Below are positions 28,935-38,129 of a stretch of DNA of 64,000 nt, piece after piece (within the stretch, counting starts at the first letter, position 1; each line of letters starts with the position of its first letter). Source of the stretch: a virus. Both the position numbers and the translations under genes were made by a program. Where the stretch lies: the IMG/VR virus record IMGVR_UViG_3300027896_005002, positions 251,488-315,487 of that record. The stretch is one strand, 5' to 3'. The notes under the pieces were generated by a model. It had not been told where the DNA came from and ran no database searches. It saw only the letters and a list, made by a program, of their open reading frames with translations.

Positions 28935-29396
28935 ATATATATAATCAATTGGAAAGTCGTAGATTTGTTAAATCATAGATAAATAACATTATTTTCTTTG
29001 ACTTTTTAATATGGTTCGTATTAAAACAGATATTCATCACAGGCTTTTTTTATAGAAGCTAAATGATCACTTATTACCTAAAACTTCTTCATGACAATTT
29101 TCACAATAGAATCTTTCTTCTCCACGATTATAATCATCATAATTAATTTCTTGTATATGATTACTCAATTATTAGTAGTAGATTTTTGTCGTCGAATAGT
29201 CATTGATTTTTTAATAGGCTTTCCTACAAGACGTTTAGGAGGATGAATGTAGGTTTGTAAATTATAACTCCACATCCAATCATTTTCTTTTATTAATTCT
29301 CCTTCTCTCATTTGATAACCATGGCCATTACTTTGAGCACGTGACGTTTTGTATTTCATGTTCATGTAAATATAATCAAGATAAAAGCTGTAGATT

Positions 29397-29681
29397 TTAC
29401 AGAAGAGCTGTTTGACACATACAATAACCACCATTAAAATATCTATTACATTCCGGACAATAATGCCATGAATATACAGTTGTAAGTTGTAAATTTATAT
29501 CATCCAAATTACCTTCAAATAATTCATTTTTGTCTTTACCAAAAATCGTAAGATTATATTCTTTTTTGACTTTTTGATAACCTAAAGCAAAAGTCTGGTT
29601 AGTAGCACTACAAATATAATGGATTCTTAAAAAAAGTCTATCAAGAGGTTTATTAACATCAAAAATATCAGAATGACTCAT
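29397..29681 (-). CDS. Hypothetical protein
   Basis: 94 aa with a C-terminal CPECN...CMC zinc ribbon. Confidence 0.3.
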   Translation of the reverse strand: MSHSDIFDVNKPLDRLFLRIHYICSATNQTFALGYQKVKKEYNLTIFGKDKNELFEGNLDDINLQLTTVYSWHYCPECNRYFNGGYCMCQTALL

Positions 29682-30016
29682 CGTTCAACAAATAATATAG
29701 CATCATGAGGTAATATTACATAATCTTTACCATTAATTTGTACATCTATAGCATGATCTTTTAAATAAATTGCAATATCGTTTTCTTTTACTTGCAATGG
29801 AACATATTGAGGAGCTTGTTCATGTGGTTTCCACTCTTCATCTGTTTCTGAAATTTTAAAATCAGGAATTGCATACCCAGGACCAATATTGACAACAAAG
29901 CCTTTTGCAATATCTTTTTTAGCAGTCTGAGGTAGTATTATGCCGCCGGCTGTGGTTTCTTCTTTAAGTGGAGCGATTAAAACGCGACATCCAATAACGA
30001 TAATGTTGTTTAACAT
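29678..30016 (-). CDS. groES: Co-chaperonin GroES (Cpn10; T4 gp31 analogue)
   Basis: RVLIAPLKEETTAGGIILPQTAKKDIAKGFVVNIGPGY...VKENDIAIY...DYVILPHDAILFV matches the GroES pattern along its whole length. Confidence 0.8.
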   Translation of the reverse strand: MLNNIIVIGCRVLIAPLKEETTAGGIILPQTAKKDIAKGFVVNIGPGYAIPDFKISETDEEWKPHEQAPQYVPLQVKENDIAIYLKDHAIDVQINGKDYVILPHDAILFVER

Positions 30017-30345
30017 TTATCCTTTGAATAGTCTTCTAACAATTTTACAAGCTTGACATTATCAAATCGTTGTCTATCATTAGCAAGTCGTTTTTTAATA
30101 ATTTTGTAGTACCAACTAAGAATATCTGACATTCTACAAATAATTTCATCCTCTATTTTTTCAAAACAACAATCGCAAACAGTTAATCCTGCAAATGTAG
30201 TATGACTTACTGAATCATTATCATAAATACCTCGTTCATCTTCACCTTCATTATATTTTGCACCACAAATGTCACATGTAATATCACCACATGTTCCGGT
30301 GCCTACTCCAACACCAAATAATTCAGGTGAATCTTCATATCTCAT
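30010..30345 (-). CDS. Hypothetical Cys-rich protein
   Basis: 111 aa with TCGDITCDICG...CDCC. Confidence 0.3.
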   Translation of the reverse strand: MRYEDSPELFGVGVGTGTCGDITCDICGAKYNEGEDERGIYDNDSVSHTTFAGLTVCDCCFEKIEDEIICRMSDILSWYYKIIKKRLANDRQRFDNVKLVKLLEDYSKDKC

Positions 30346-30744
30346 TTTATTAACTCTAATTCATCAGGATCATATGAACCTATAGTATTATCATCATGAT
30401 GTAGTACATCATAACATAAACCATGAGCATCATGACTATCTATTATATGACCAAGTACACCCCATCTACGATGATATTTAGCTTCTTTTGTATATTCATC
30501 ATCATGTAATGGTTTTAATGTTTTAATGAGGATTCTCATATTATTAAAAGTAGGTGCAGTCTACCAAAACTGAAAAGAAAGATGTTTCTTTATCCATCCC
30601 TAAAACTAAAAACTGAAAACTAAAAGACAAACAACTTAAAATAATTTATCTTTTAGACAAGTATAAAATTTATGTCCATATTATTTAACGGTCTTTCGAC
30701 CCATAATACAAACATAAAAAAACTAGTTAACCACACCTACCCAA

Positions 30745-31272
30745 TTAAAGTTCTTCAACAACTGTTGATAAATTAAATTCATCTAATCCATCAACAATCT
30801 CATTAATTTGTCCTTGACAATTTTCTATAAGCTTATTCTTCTGTGCTATAGTCATCTGAGCTTTATATTTATTTGTTGCTTTTCCTTCATCACCATAAGT
30901 TGTCACTGCTTTTAAACCATATACAGGATTTAATTCTTTTAAAATTTGTATGTGAGATTTTAATTCACCCAATTCTAATATTTTTGGAAACATATTATAC
31001 TTGATATTAGTTTTCATAATCCTAGTTTTAAATTCAATAACTTTTGCTTTTTTGTCAATCAATGTTTTCAAAAGTTCATTGAAATCTTCAGGAAAATCAT
31101 TTTCCTCCAAAGTACTAACACAATTTTGCAGTCGATGCTGCAAATCCTTTACCTCACCTTGTAATCTTTTTACTGCTTTCATTGCTCTTACAATTTTCAT
31201 TTGAATATATCTCCTTTTTTCTTTATTATTTGCTAAATCATTAATCAAATTTACACGAAAGCATCTACTCAA
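30745..31272 (-). CDS. Hypothetical protein
   Basis: 175 aa, predicted helical. Confidence 0.3.
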   Translation of the reverse strand: MSRCFRVNLINDLANNKEKRRYIQMKIVRAMKAVKRLQGEVKDLQHRLQNCVSTLEENDFPEDFNELLKTLIDKKAKVIEFKTRIMKTNIKYNMFPKILELGELKSHIQILKELNPVYGLKAVTTYGDEGKATNKYKAQMTIAQKNKLIENCQGQINEIVDGLDEFNLSTVVEEL

Positions 31273-31467
31273 TTTTTAATCTAAAAAAAGTCTGTTCAGC
31301 CAGACTAACATATTCTTCAGCTGATCTAATTTGACCTATTGTTGTACAACCATTAACAACCTTTGCTGTTTTTTCTAACAATTTTATTTGCTCATCGTTC
31401 GTTATAGTTTTTTGTAAAAGATCCACTTTTGCCTGTAAATTGCTTTGAATATTAATAAACTCCATTA

Positions 31468-31965
31468 TTACCCCTCATTCTCATAAACGTCATTCCAACG
31501 ATTTTTTTGACTATCCAACGTATAAATATATGTTTCAACACTTATATGTTTTTCTATAATCGGACTAATAACTTTCCATTCTCCACCTGCTAATACACAA
31601 CCAAATCTCGGTCCACATACAATGACATTATCTTCTGTAGCTTTTTCATACACTGTCTTTAGACACATGTCTAAAGCTTTATAACGAATAGGCGCGATTT
31701 TTCCTGCCCATCGAATTCCATGTTGTGCAATCATATTGGCCACACAAATATCAGGAGTCACTTGAACAAATTGAACTTCTCCAAGTTGAGGATCACCTGT
31801 TGTAAACCAATGTTTATAAGCATTTTCTGATTCTGGATATTTATTTCTTAAAGCAATAACAAAACCTCGACCCCAACCACCTATGTCATTACAACAATGA
31901 ATTATCATAGCTGGTTTTTTGATGGGTTCAGTCGCATCACCTATTAAATAATGGATTTTAAGCAT
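31468..31965 (-). CDS. Macro-domain protein (ADP-ribose binding / hydrolase fold)
   Basis: GDATEPIKKPAMIIHCCNDIGGWGRGFVIAL matches the macro-domain GDIT...AIVNAAN..L..GGGV... layout. Confidence 0.55.
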   Translation of the reverse strand: MLKIHYLIGDATEPIKKPAMIIHCCNDIGGWGRGFVIALRNKYPESENAYKHWFTTGDPQLGEVQFVQVTPDICVANMIAQHGIRWAGKIAPIRYKALDMCLKTVYEKATEDNVIVCGPRFGCVLAGGEWKVISPIIEKHISVETYIYTLDSQKNRWNDVYENEG

Positions 31966-31982
31966 AAATTTTCTTTCTATTA

Positions 31983-32417
31983 TTATTTCAAAAGATATTG
32001 TAAAATTTTATCACGATTTTTCAAATACATTCTGAATTCCTCTAATTTTATTTCTTGCATTGTTTTTGCACTTTGAACATAATCAATTAATGTGTCTATA
32101 TGATCTGGTGGTTCAGTTATTCCTATATTCATTAAATCATCTTGGCCTTCTGTTGTATTTAAATAATCTACTATTTGTTGAAGTAACTTTTTACTTTTAT
32201 CTGTTAAAAATATCTTATCACTGTTCTTATCATGACGTTTTCTACCAGTTATATAAGCCCATTGATTATATCCACCAGGTCCTTTACAAATTTTCTTATA
32301 TAATCCTGATCGTATTCGAGCCCAGAATTTTTCTCTAATTAATAAAGACACTTCATCAAATTCCTCTTCCTCATATTTGTACATCCAATAATAATCGGAC
32401 ACATTATAACTCAACAC
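31983..32417 (-). CDS. Hypothetical protein
   Basis: 144 aa ORF. Confidence 0.3.
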   Translation of the reverse strand: MLSYNVSDYYWMYKYEEEEFDEVSLLIREKFWARIRSGLYKKICKGPGGYNQWAYITGRKRHDKNSDKIFLTDKSKKLLQQIVDYLNTTEGQDDLMNIGITEPPDHIDTLIDYVQSAKTMQEIKLEEFRMYLKNRDKILQYLLK

Positions 32418-33564
32418 TAAAAGTAATGTCTTTTAGTTTTAGTTTTTCAACCAAATATTTTTCAAGATATTTTCGAGATTTCATTTTTTCTAAATTATCA
32501 AAAAATTCTAGTATTGTTTTAACTTTGTTATCATATAATTGAAACATATAAGATGGATTTGCACAATCTTTTACAGCCAATGCAAATTCTTTTCGACTTT
32601 TTGAAAAATATTCTTTAAATTGTTCTGTTTCAGAATTAATTCTTTGAATATAAGCATCATATTTAGCTTTAACATCCATTACTATTTCAGTAAATTCACT
32701 AAAATAACCCAAAAATTCATCAATTTGATTATCAATTACCAAACTAATTACTGATCTTAAGCTACTACCTACTTTACTTTTTATGTGATGAATTGCAACA
32801 TATGATGGATTTTTAACTTTAACTCTTTTAAAACTGATGTTATCATCATCATTTTTTGTATAATCAACAGCAACAAATCCTTCATCTAAAGCTGCAAGAC
32901 TTTTGACTAAATCCAATAATTGATTTTTGTCAGCAAATGTTTCTATTTTTGGTAAATCAATACCAAGTTCTATTGACCACTCTTTTAAGTTTTTTAATGG
33001 AAGTTCTTCCCATGTAATAATCCGTCGCATCATTAATAAATGAAGTTGTCTATCTTTATAAATAGTAACAACTCTATTTTCTGGTGATGTTATTTCAAAA
33101 CAATATATAAATGACTTACTAATATTTTTCCAAAAATTTGGATATTTCTCTGTTGTTTTATAAAATAGATCTTTAAAAGTAATAGATGTTAGACCTACAC
33201 ATGATTCATTTTCAATCATGCCTCTTGTTGACATTAACCATTTATCATTGTAATTAAAGACAGATATTAATGATCCATCTAATTTTTCAAGGCCTACAGC
33301 TTTTGTAAAATCAAATGTATCTGTTATTCGAGGAACTTCACTATAATTAAAAAATCGTCGAAATGGATATGATATAATTCTCCAAGAATTTTTTTCTAGA
33401 ACTAATCCTCGACACTCTAAAACAATTAGATGATCTTTAGGCGAATCAATTTGATTATAATTTAAGACGACTAAGGACTCAAATTCGCTATAATCAACGC
33501 CAAATTCAATTTTAAGATTTTCTAAAGATTTTTCATTTAAATATTGTTGTACATTTAATAGCAT
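32404..33564 (-). CDS. RNA ligase 1 (T4 RnlA-like)
   Basis: Motif I VGLEKLDGSLISVF matches T4 Rnl1 ...KEDGSLVSTY (lysine adenylation site); length 386 aa is close to T4 Rnl1. Confidence 0.65.
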   Translation of the reverse strand: MLLNVQQYLNEKSLENLKIEFGVDYSEFESLVVLNYNQIDSPKDHLIVLECRGLVLEKNSWRIISYPFRRFFNYSEVPRITDTFDFTKAVGLEKLDGSLISVFNYNDKWLMSTRGMIENESCVGLTSITFKDLFYKTTEKYPNFWKNISKSFIYCFEITSPENRVVTIYKDRQLHLLMMRRIITWEELPLKNLKEWSIELGIDLPKIETFADKNQLLDLVKSLAALDEGFVAVDYTKNDDDNISFKRVKVKNPSYVAIHHIKSKVGSSLRSVISLVIDNQIDEFLGYFSEFTEIVMDVKAKYDAYIQRINSETEQFKEYFSKSRKEFALAVKDCANPSYMFQLYDNKVKTILEFFDNLEKMKSRKYLEKYLVEKLKLKDITFSVEL

Positions 33565-33608
33565 AGGTTTTATTATATGCTATTTTTTACAAGTGTTTTA
33601 TAAAATAA

Positions 33609-33642
33609 CTAAGGCTTGTTAAAAAAATCTAACAAGCCTTAG
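33609..33642 (-). terminator. Rho-independent terminator (13-bp perfect stem) downstream of ORF 33684..33947
   Basis: ctaaggcttgtta ... taacaagccttag inverted repeat with an 8-nt loop, then a T-rich run on the minus strand. Confidence 0.55.
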
Positions 33643-33683
33643 CAGTAGTCACTCATTTAAAAAATTCATTGCACAGCGTTGAA

Positions 33684-33947
33684 TTAAGTAAATTGTAAGA
33701 TAGATATTTTAGCTAGAGTGAGATTTGGATATCCATTTTGTAATCCAGTATCCAAAATAGCTTGTTTAATTTGAGTATGCCATTGGCTAGGAGAATTATC
33801 TGGGTCAAGTGAGATATTTGATCCAATATTATGCGTTTCACCTGCTGTATCTGTGTACCATGCATCCATTGAAACCAATATATTACCTGGTATCTGAGGA
33901 TCAGGTATGTCTTGAGTATACTTAAAACAAGTTGCTCTTTGTGTCAT
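33684..33947 (-). CDS. Hypothetical protein (higher-GC island)
   Basis: 87 aa ORF; composition clearly richer in G and C than the surroundings. Confidence 0.3.
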   Translation of the reverse strand: MTQRATCFKYTQDIPDPQIPGNILVSMDAWYTDTAGETHNIGSNISLDPDNSPSQWHTQIKQAILDTGLQNGYPNLTLAKISILQFT

Positions 33948-33960
33948 AAATTACTCCTTT

Positions 33961-35178
33961 CTATATTTCAGCATCCACTGTGCAATGAACTTTTATTTCT
34001 TGCCCTACTGACCAAGCTGCTAGACCTGTACAGTTAATATCTATACCGTCTGCAGATGGGTTCGCTGCTGCTGTAGCTGTTGCATCTGTAGCAGCAGGTA
34101 CGTTTCTCATAAAAGCATTAGCAGCACTGGGATTGTAGAAAGTAGTCGTGACTGGTGCAACTCTCATTTGCACTGGAAATTTCCATTGCATTGTTGAAGA
34201 AGTAGTAACAGCAGCAGCAATTGCAACCATTCCCCTTAAAGCGCCTGCAACACCACCACTTTGAGCAGGAGCAATAAGTGGAGGAAACGTCTTTTGATAA
34301 AATCTAAGACACCTTATAAGTTGTAATGATTGACTTCTAGGATACCAATCCCTAATCTCATAACCTGGATATAGACCGACCTCAGATATATTTAGTTCAT
34401 CATTATTAAGAGGTTGTCCATTAGTCCATATTGTTGGTATAATATTTTTACAAGTTGAAGGTATAATAAAAGTAGCTGAATATCGCACCCAGTTTGTTGT
34501 CAGAACACAAGTCATACCACTACCTACTAATGTTCCACCATCAACTAAAACTGGCGTGATATAAGTTAAGTTTGCACCAGCAGTCAAAGTAGGATCAGTT
34601 CCTACTGCACCCCACGCACTAATGTAACCTGCAGCACCAGAAGGCACTGTATCAACAGTTCCTCCACTGCCAAGAGCAACAATGCCCAGACGAACAGTCA
34701 TCGAAGATGCAACTGAATATTTCATCTTACATTGAAATCTAACAGTAAGACCTCTAAGATGTGCCATGTCATTTGTCTCAATTACCTGTCCGATAGCAAA
34801 CTTACCTGTATTCGTTATTTTCTTAAATTTTCCATATTGCCTAGTTGCTAAATTTGTCTCTGGTGTAGTCATTGTATCAACTACTTGAAAGTTCACACTT
34901 GCATTTTCATTTGATATCCACCAACGATCAGGACCATAAACTCTACCACCTACACTTGAATAAGTCGTCAATGTCGTTGGCACTTGTCGTTGAGCATAAT
35001 CAAATTCACCATTTGTGATGACGTTAGCATCTCTCAATCCAACAGGTGTAAGCGTGTCAATTTCACCAGAATCAAGTATTACCTTTAATCTACTATCAGC
35101 AGTATCATAATATATTGCTGCTTTATTTGTAGATGGTGTTCCTGGTGTTGCTGTCTTGTTAAGTACTAAAAAACTCAT
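33961..35178 (-). CDS. Putative fibrous / structural-like protein (higher-GC island), function unknown
   Basis: 405 aa, Thr/Ser/Gly/Ala-rich; N-terminus MSFLVLNKTATPGTPST...IYYDTADSRLKV is reminiscent of fibre-type proteins. Unassigned. Confidence 0.3.
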   Translation of the reverse strand: MSFLVLNKTATPGTPSTNKAAIYYDTADSRLKVILDSGEIDTLTPVGLRDANVITNGEFDYAQRQVPTTLTTYSSVGGRVYGPDRWWISNENASVNFQVVDTMTTPETNLATRQYGKFKKITNTGKFAIGQVIETNDMAHLRGLTVRFQCKMKYSVASSMTVRLGIVALGSGGTVDTVPSGAAGYISAWGAVGTDPTLTAGANLTYITPVLVDGGTLVGSGMTCVLTTNWVRYSATFIIPSTCKNIIPTIWTNGQPLNNDELNISEVGLYPGYEIRDWYPRSQSLQLIRCLRFYQKTFPPLIAPAQSGGVAGALRGMVAIAAAVTTSSTMQWKFPVQMRVAPVTTTFYNPSAANAFMRNVPAATDATATAAANPSADGIDINCTGLAAWSVGQEIKVHCTVDAEI

Positions 35179-35196
35179 AATTTAATTTCTCCTTTC

Positions 35197-35619
35197 TTAT
35201 CCTATTTCAAAATAACTTGCAAGTCCAATTTCCGTAGTAAATGTTGCTACAATTTCATATAAAAACGGCATATATAATGACTGCCCTGCTGCTATAGTCA
35301 CATTTGCTGCTGGAGCGACAGTATTCGTAGTTATTACTCCAATTGATCCTGAATAGCCAGATGTACCTATACCTGAATATCCAGATATGCCAGAATATCC
35401 TGATAAACCAACTCCAACTGCTCCTGAATAACCTGATGTACCTACTCCAGAATATCCTGATGTTCCTACACCTGAATATCCACTATAACCCGATAAACCT
35501 GAATAACCGCTTGTCCCTATTTTTCCGGAATAACCAGACTGTCCTGCTGCTGCCCCGGAATAACCTGAACGACCTGACCATCCACTTTTTCCTCTTGGCG
35601 GTTGGTTAAAAACATCCAT
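35197..35619 (-). CDS. Gly/Ser/Tyr repeat protein (SGYSG repeats)
   Basis: About 15 copies of (T/L/I)SGYSG in the N-terminal two-thirds, with a non-repetitive C-terminus. Confidence 0.4.
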   Translation of the reverse strand: MDVFNQPPRGKSGWSGRSGYSGAAAGQSGYSGKIGTSGYSGLSGYSGYSGVGTSGYSGVGTSGYSGAVGVGLSGYSGISGYSGIGTSGYSGSIGVITTNTVAPAANVTIAAGQSLYMPFLYEIVATFTTEIGLASYFEIG

Positions 35620-35631
35620 ATATATCTCCTA

Positions 35632-36231
35632 TTAAGCAACTAAAAGATTGGCGTAAGAATTCCAGGAATTTGTAATAATTGATTGAACAACAGAATCGGC
35701 GACAAGAGCTCCATTGGCTTGAACGGTTGCATTCAAAGCTAACGCAGACATGAATTCCATAACTACGACCATAATATCCGGCAAAGCGAATGCAATCAAC
35801 TTCATTCTGTTGGCATGATTCGTAGTTCCAGGATCTTCCAAGAACACGGCAGCAGCTTGAGTTATAACCGCAGTCAAACATTTTCTTTGAAGGACTTCGG
35901 AATTGTACAAATCCGCAATCACAATATAATTGGAAGTAACAATTGTAACATCTTTATCCATATCATTTACAGGCTCGTCCTGAACATAATATGCTTTTTC
36001 CCCGCCTGTACCTTCCCCATATACTTTGAAGGTTATTTCTTTGGTTTGCGAAATCGGCTTCTTATTTTGTTCTGAATATCCGACTTCCAAAACCATCATG
36101 CTATAAGACTTAGTATTGGTGAGGATAGTATCATCCACAGAAGAAACAAGAACAGGAGTTCCTACATCTTTATACATTGCTGTTATGTCTGCAATTATTT
36201 GTGCCTTAGTCATATCCGCCATATTCTCCAC
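35632..36231 (-). CDS. Hypothetical protein (higher-GC island)
   Basis: 199 aa ORF. Confidence 0.3.
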   Translation of the reverse strand: MENMADMTKAQIIADITAMYKDVGTPVLVSSVDDTILTNTKSYSMMVLEVGYSEQNKKPISQTKEITFKVYGEGTGGEKAYYVQDEPVNDMDKDVTIVTSNYIVIADLYNSEVLQRKCLTAVITQAAAVFLEDPGTTNHANRMKLIAFALPDIMVVVMEFMSALALNATVQANGALVADSVVQSIITNSWNSYANLLVA

Positions 36232-36245
36232 CTTTCCCTTAAATT

Positions 36246-36833
36246 CTAACCTTCTGTAAAATGCTGTTTTTGATTTAGTAAATGTCTCTGTGTAGTTATA
36301 TTTTTAAATCGTCTTACTCTTGGTTTTCGAGGCATTCTCATCAATTCTTTATGTTTGCGTTTAAAATTTTGTTTTCCTGTCAATTGTTTCTTAGATTCAG
36401 GATGTTCATCCAAATATTTTTGTTGTCGATAAAGAGGCATTCTAAACCATTTCTTGCGTTGTACAGCCTTAGCTTTTGCTAAACGTATAAATTGTTCATC
36501 AATTATTGCAGCATGGACCATATTTTCTCGTTGTTTTCTAAATCGATCCCATAAATCTCGTTTTTCTTTTAATCTGAATTCTGCTTCTTCTAAACTTCTT
36601 GCTGTAAAAGTCGTTTCAGTAACAAAATCATTAAACATGAATGTCTTCATATCTGGCCAATAATCTACATATTGAATACCCAATTTTTCAGCAACATTTT
36701 CACCAACTTGATCCAGTCGTTTTTTTGATTTTGGATGATCTGCTAAATATTTCTCTTGCTGCAAACTAGTCATATTTTCAAACAACATTGCTTTTTTAAC
36801 AAATTCAATTTGCAATGATGAAAAATGCTTCAT
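36246..36833 (-). CDS. Basic protein with repeated xQxKYLxxHP(K/E)SKK motif; divergent paralogue of the next gene
   Basis: N-terminus MKHFSSLQIEFVKKA...QQEKYLADHPKSKKRL, and a second copy RQQKYLDEHPESKKQL near the C-terminus. Confidence 0.4.
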   Translation of the reverse strand: MKHFSSLQIEFVKKAMLFENMTSLQQEKYLADHPKSKKRLDQVGENVAEKLGIQYVDYWPDMKTFMFNDFVTETTFTARSLEEAEFRLKEKRDLWDRFRKQRENMVHAAIIDEQFIRLAKAKAVQRKKWFRMPLYRQQKYLDEHPESKKQLTGKQNFKRKHKELMRMPRKPRVRRFKNITTQRHLLNQKQHFTEG

Positions 36834-36911
36834 TCCTCCTCCTCTTTTTATAATAGATTTATAAAAGAATCTACAATAAATAGTTTGATTATGAACAAAA
36901 AGGAGTATCTA

Positions 36912-37742
36912 ATGAAACATATAGCTACAATTCAATCTGAATTTTTAAAGCATGCTCGCAAATGGGATGAAAAATCGCTCACAGAACAAAAACGATATCT
37001 TCGCAAGCATCCAAAAACAAAACGTCGAGTCACAGCAAAACCAGAAACTTTAGATTTTGATAAATGGATTCTTGACAAACAATTCATGAACTTGCAAACA
37101 AATCAAAAAACTCCATTTGATAAACTCCCAGAAGAACAGCAAAAATCTATTCGTGATCATTTTACTCAAGAAAAAAAACACTTTGAACAAGAACAAGATG
37201 ATCCAACAGATGATATAGAAGATGGAGATGAGGAAAAAACTAAGTTGAAAAAATTTACAATTATGGGTGGTCCTGGTGAAGGTGGTAGTGTAAGAGCAGA
37301 AAATGCTCAAGACGCAATGAAAAAATACTTAATGAAATATGAAGAATATAGTGAAGATAGAGCAAATAAAGAATTAAATGTTGAAAAAGGTGAATTTGAT
37401 CCTAAAGCTAATGCAACAATGTTTGGTAATTTTCAAGTTAAGGAAGAAACAAAACCAATATCAGAACGTCAAGTACGACGACTTGGTAGAAAAATTAGAA
37501 GAGATATTAAAGGCGCCGGTAAAGAACAAGACGGAATAGAACTTGATATTGCAAAAAATGTTATAAATTCAAATCCTCAATTAAAAAAATATTTCTTGGA
37601 TCAAAATATAGCAGAAGATAAAATTGCAGAAGCTTTTGCAGATTATTTAGTCAAACCTAAGAAAAAAGAAAAAGAACGCACTCAAACAGATCAATTTGGA
37701 CGAAAAATTCCATTAGTTGGACCACAAATGCCTACTAACTAA
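36912..37742 (+). CDS. Paralogue of 36246..36833 on the opposite strand (shares the MKHxxxxQxEF...KxYLxxHPKxKxR N-terminus)
   Basis: Starts MKHIATIQSEFLKHARKWDEKSLTEQKRYLRKHPKTKRRV, preceded by SD AAGGAG 8 nt upstream of ATG 36912 (track ORF 36825 lacks a plausible start). Acidic and Lys-rich thereafter. Confidence 0.45.
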   Translation: MKHIATIQSEFLKHARKWDEKSLTEQKRYLRKHPKTKRRVTAKPETLDFDKWILDKQFMNLQTNQKTPFDKLPEEQQKSIRDHFTQEKKHFEQEQDDPTDDIEDGDEEKTKLKKFTIMGGPGEGGSVRAENAQDAMKKYLMKYEEYSEDRANKELNVEKGEFDPKANATMFGNFQVKEETKPISERQVRRLGRKIRRDIKGAGKEQDGIELDIAKNVINSNPQLKKYFLDQNIAEDKIAEAFADYLVKPKKKEKERTQTDQFGRKIPLVGPQMPTN

Positions 37743-37766
37743 TTTTTGGTCTCAAAGGAAAAATAA

Positions 37767-38126
37767 ATGAACTTCAATTTATTTGTATCTATTTGTGTCA
37801 TTGTTTTCATTACTTTCATCGCCTTATCTTTTATATCACCTACACTTGAAAAATATCGAAAATATTTAATAATTCTAATACCTGCAATCTTTGTTATCTT
37901 AGGATTAGTAATATTTAAAAGAAGTAAAAACAATCAACCAGATCCAATTATTAGTAAAACAATAGATGATATTGAAAATGATTTCAAAGAAGCCAGTGAT
38001 GTAGCATCACTTAAAACAAGACTTGCAGATGAAAAAAGAGATGCTGATATAAAGAAACTAAAAGAAATTACTGAAATTAAAGATAAAAATATTCGTCGTC
38101 AAAAATTAGCAGAACTAATAGGATAA
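37767..38126 (+). CDS. Small membrane protein (two TM helices, charged C-terminal tail)
   Basis: FVSICVIVFITFIALSFI and LIILIPAIFVILGLVIF hydrophobic helices, then a Lys/Asp/Glu-rich tail; holin-like layout. Confidence 0.35.
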   Translation: MNFNLFVSICVIVFITFIALSFISPTLEKYRKYLIILIPAIFVILGLVIFKRSKNNQPDPIISKTIDDIENDFKEASDVASLKTRLADEKRDADIKKLKEITEIKDKNIRRQKLAELIG

Positions 38127-38129
38127 ATC

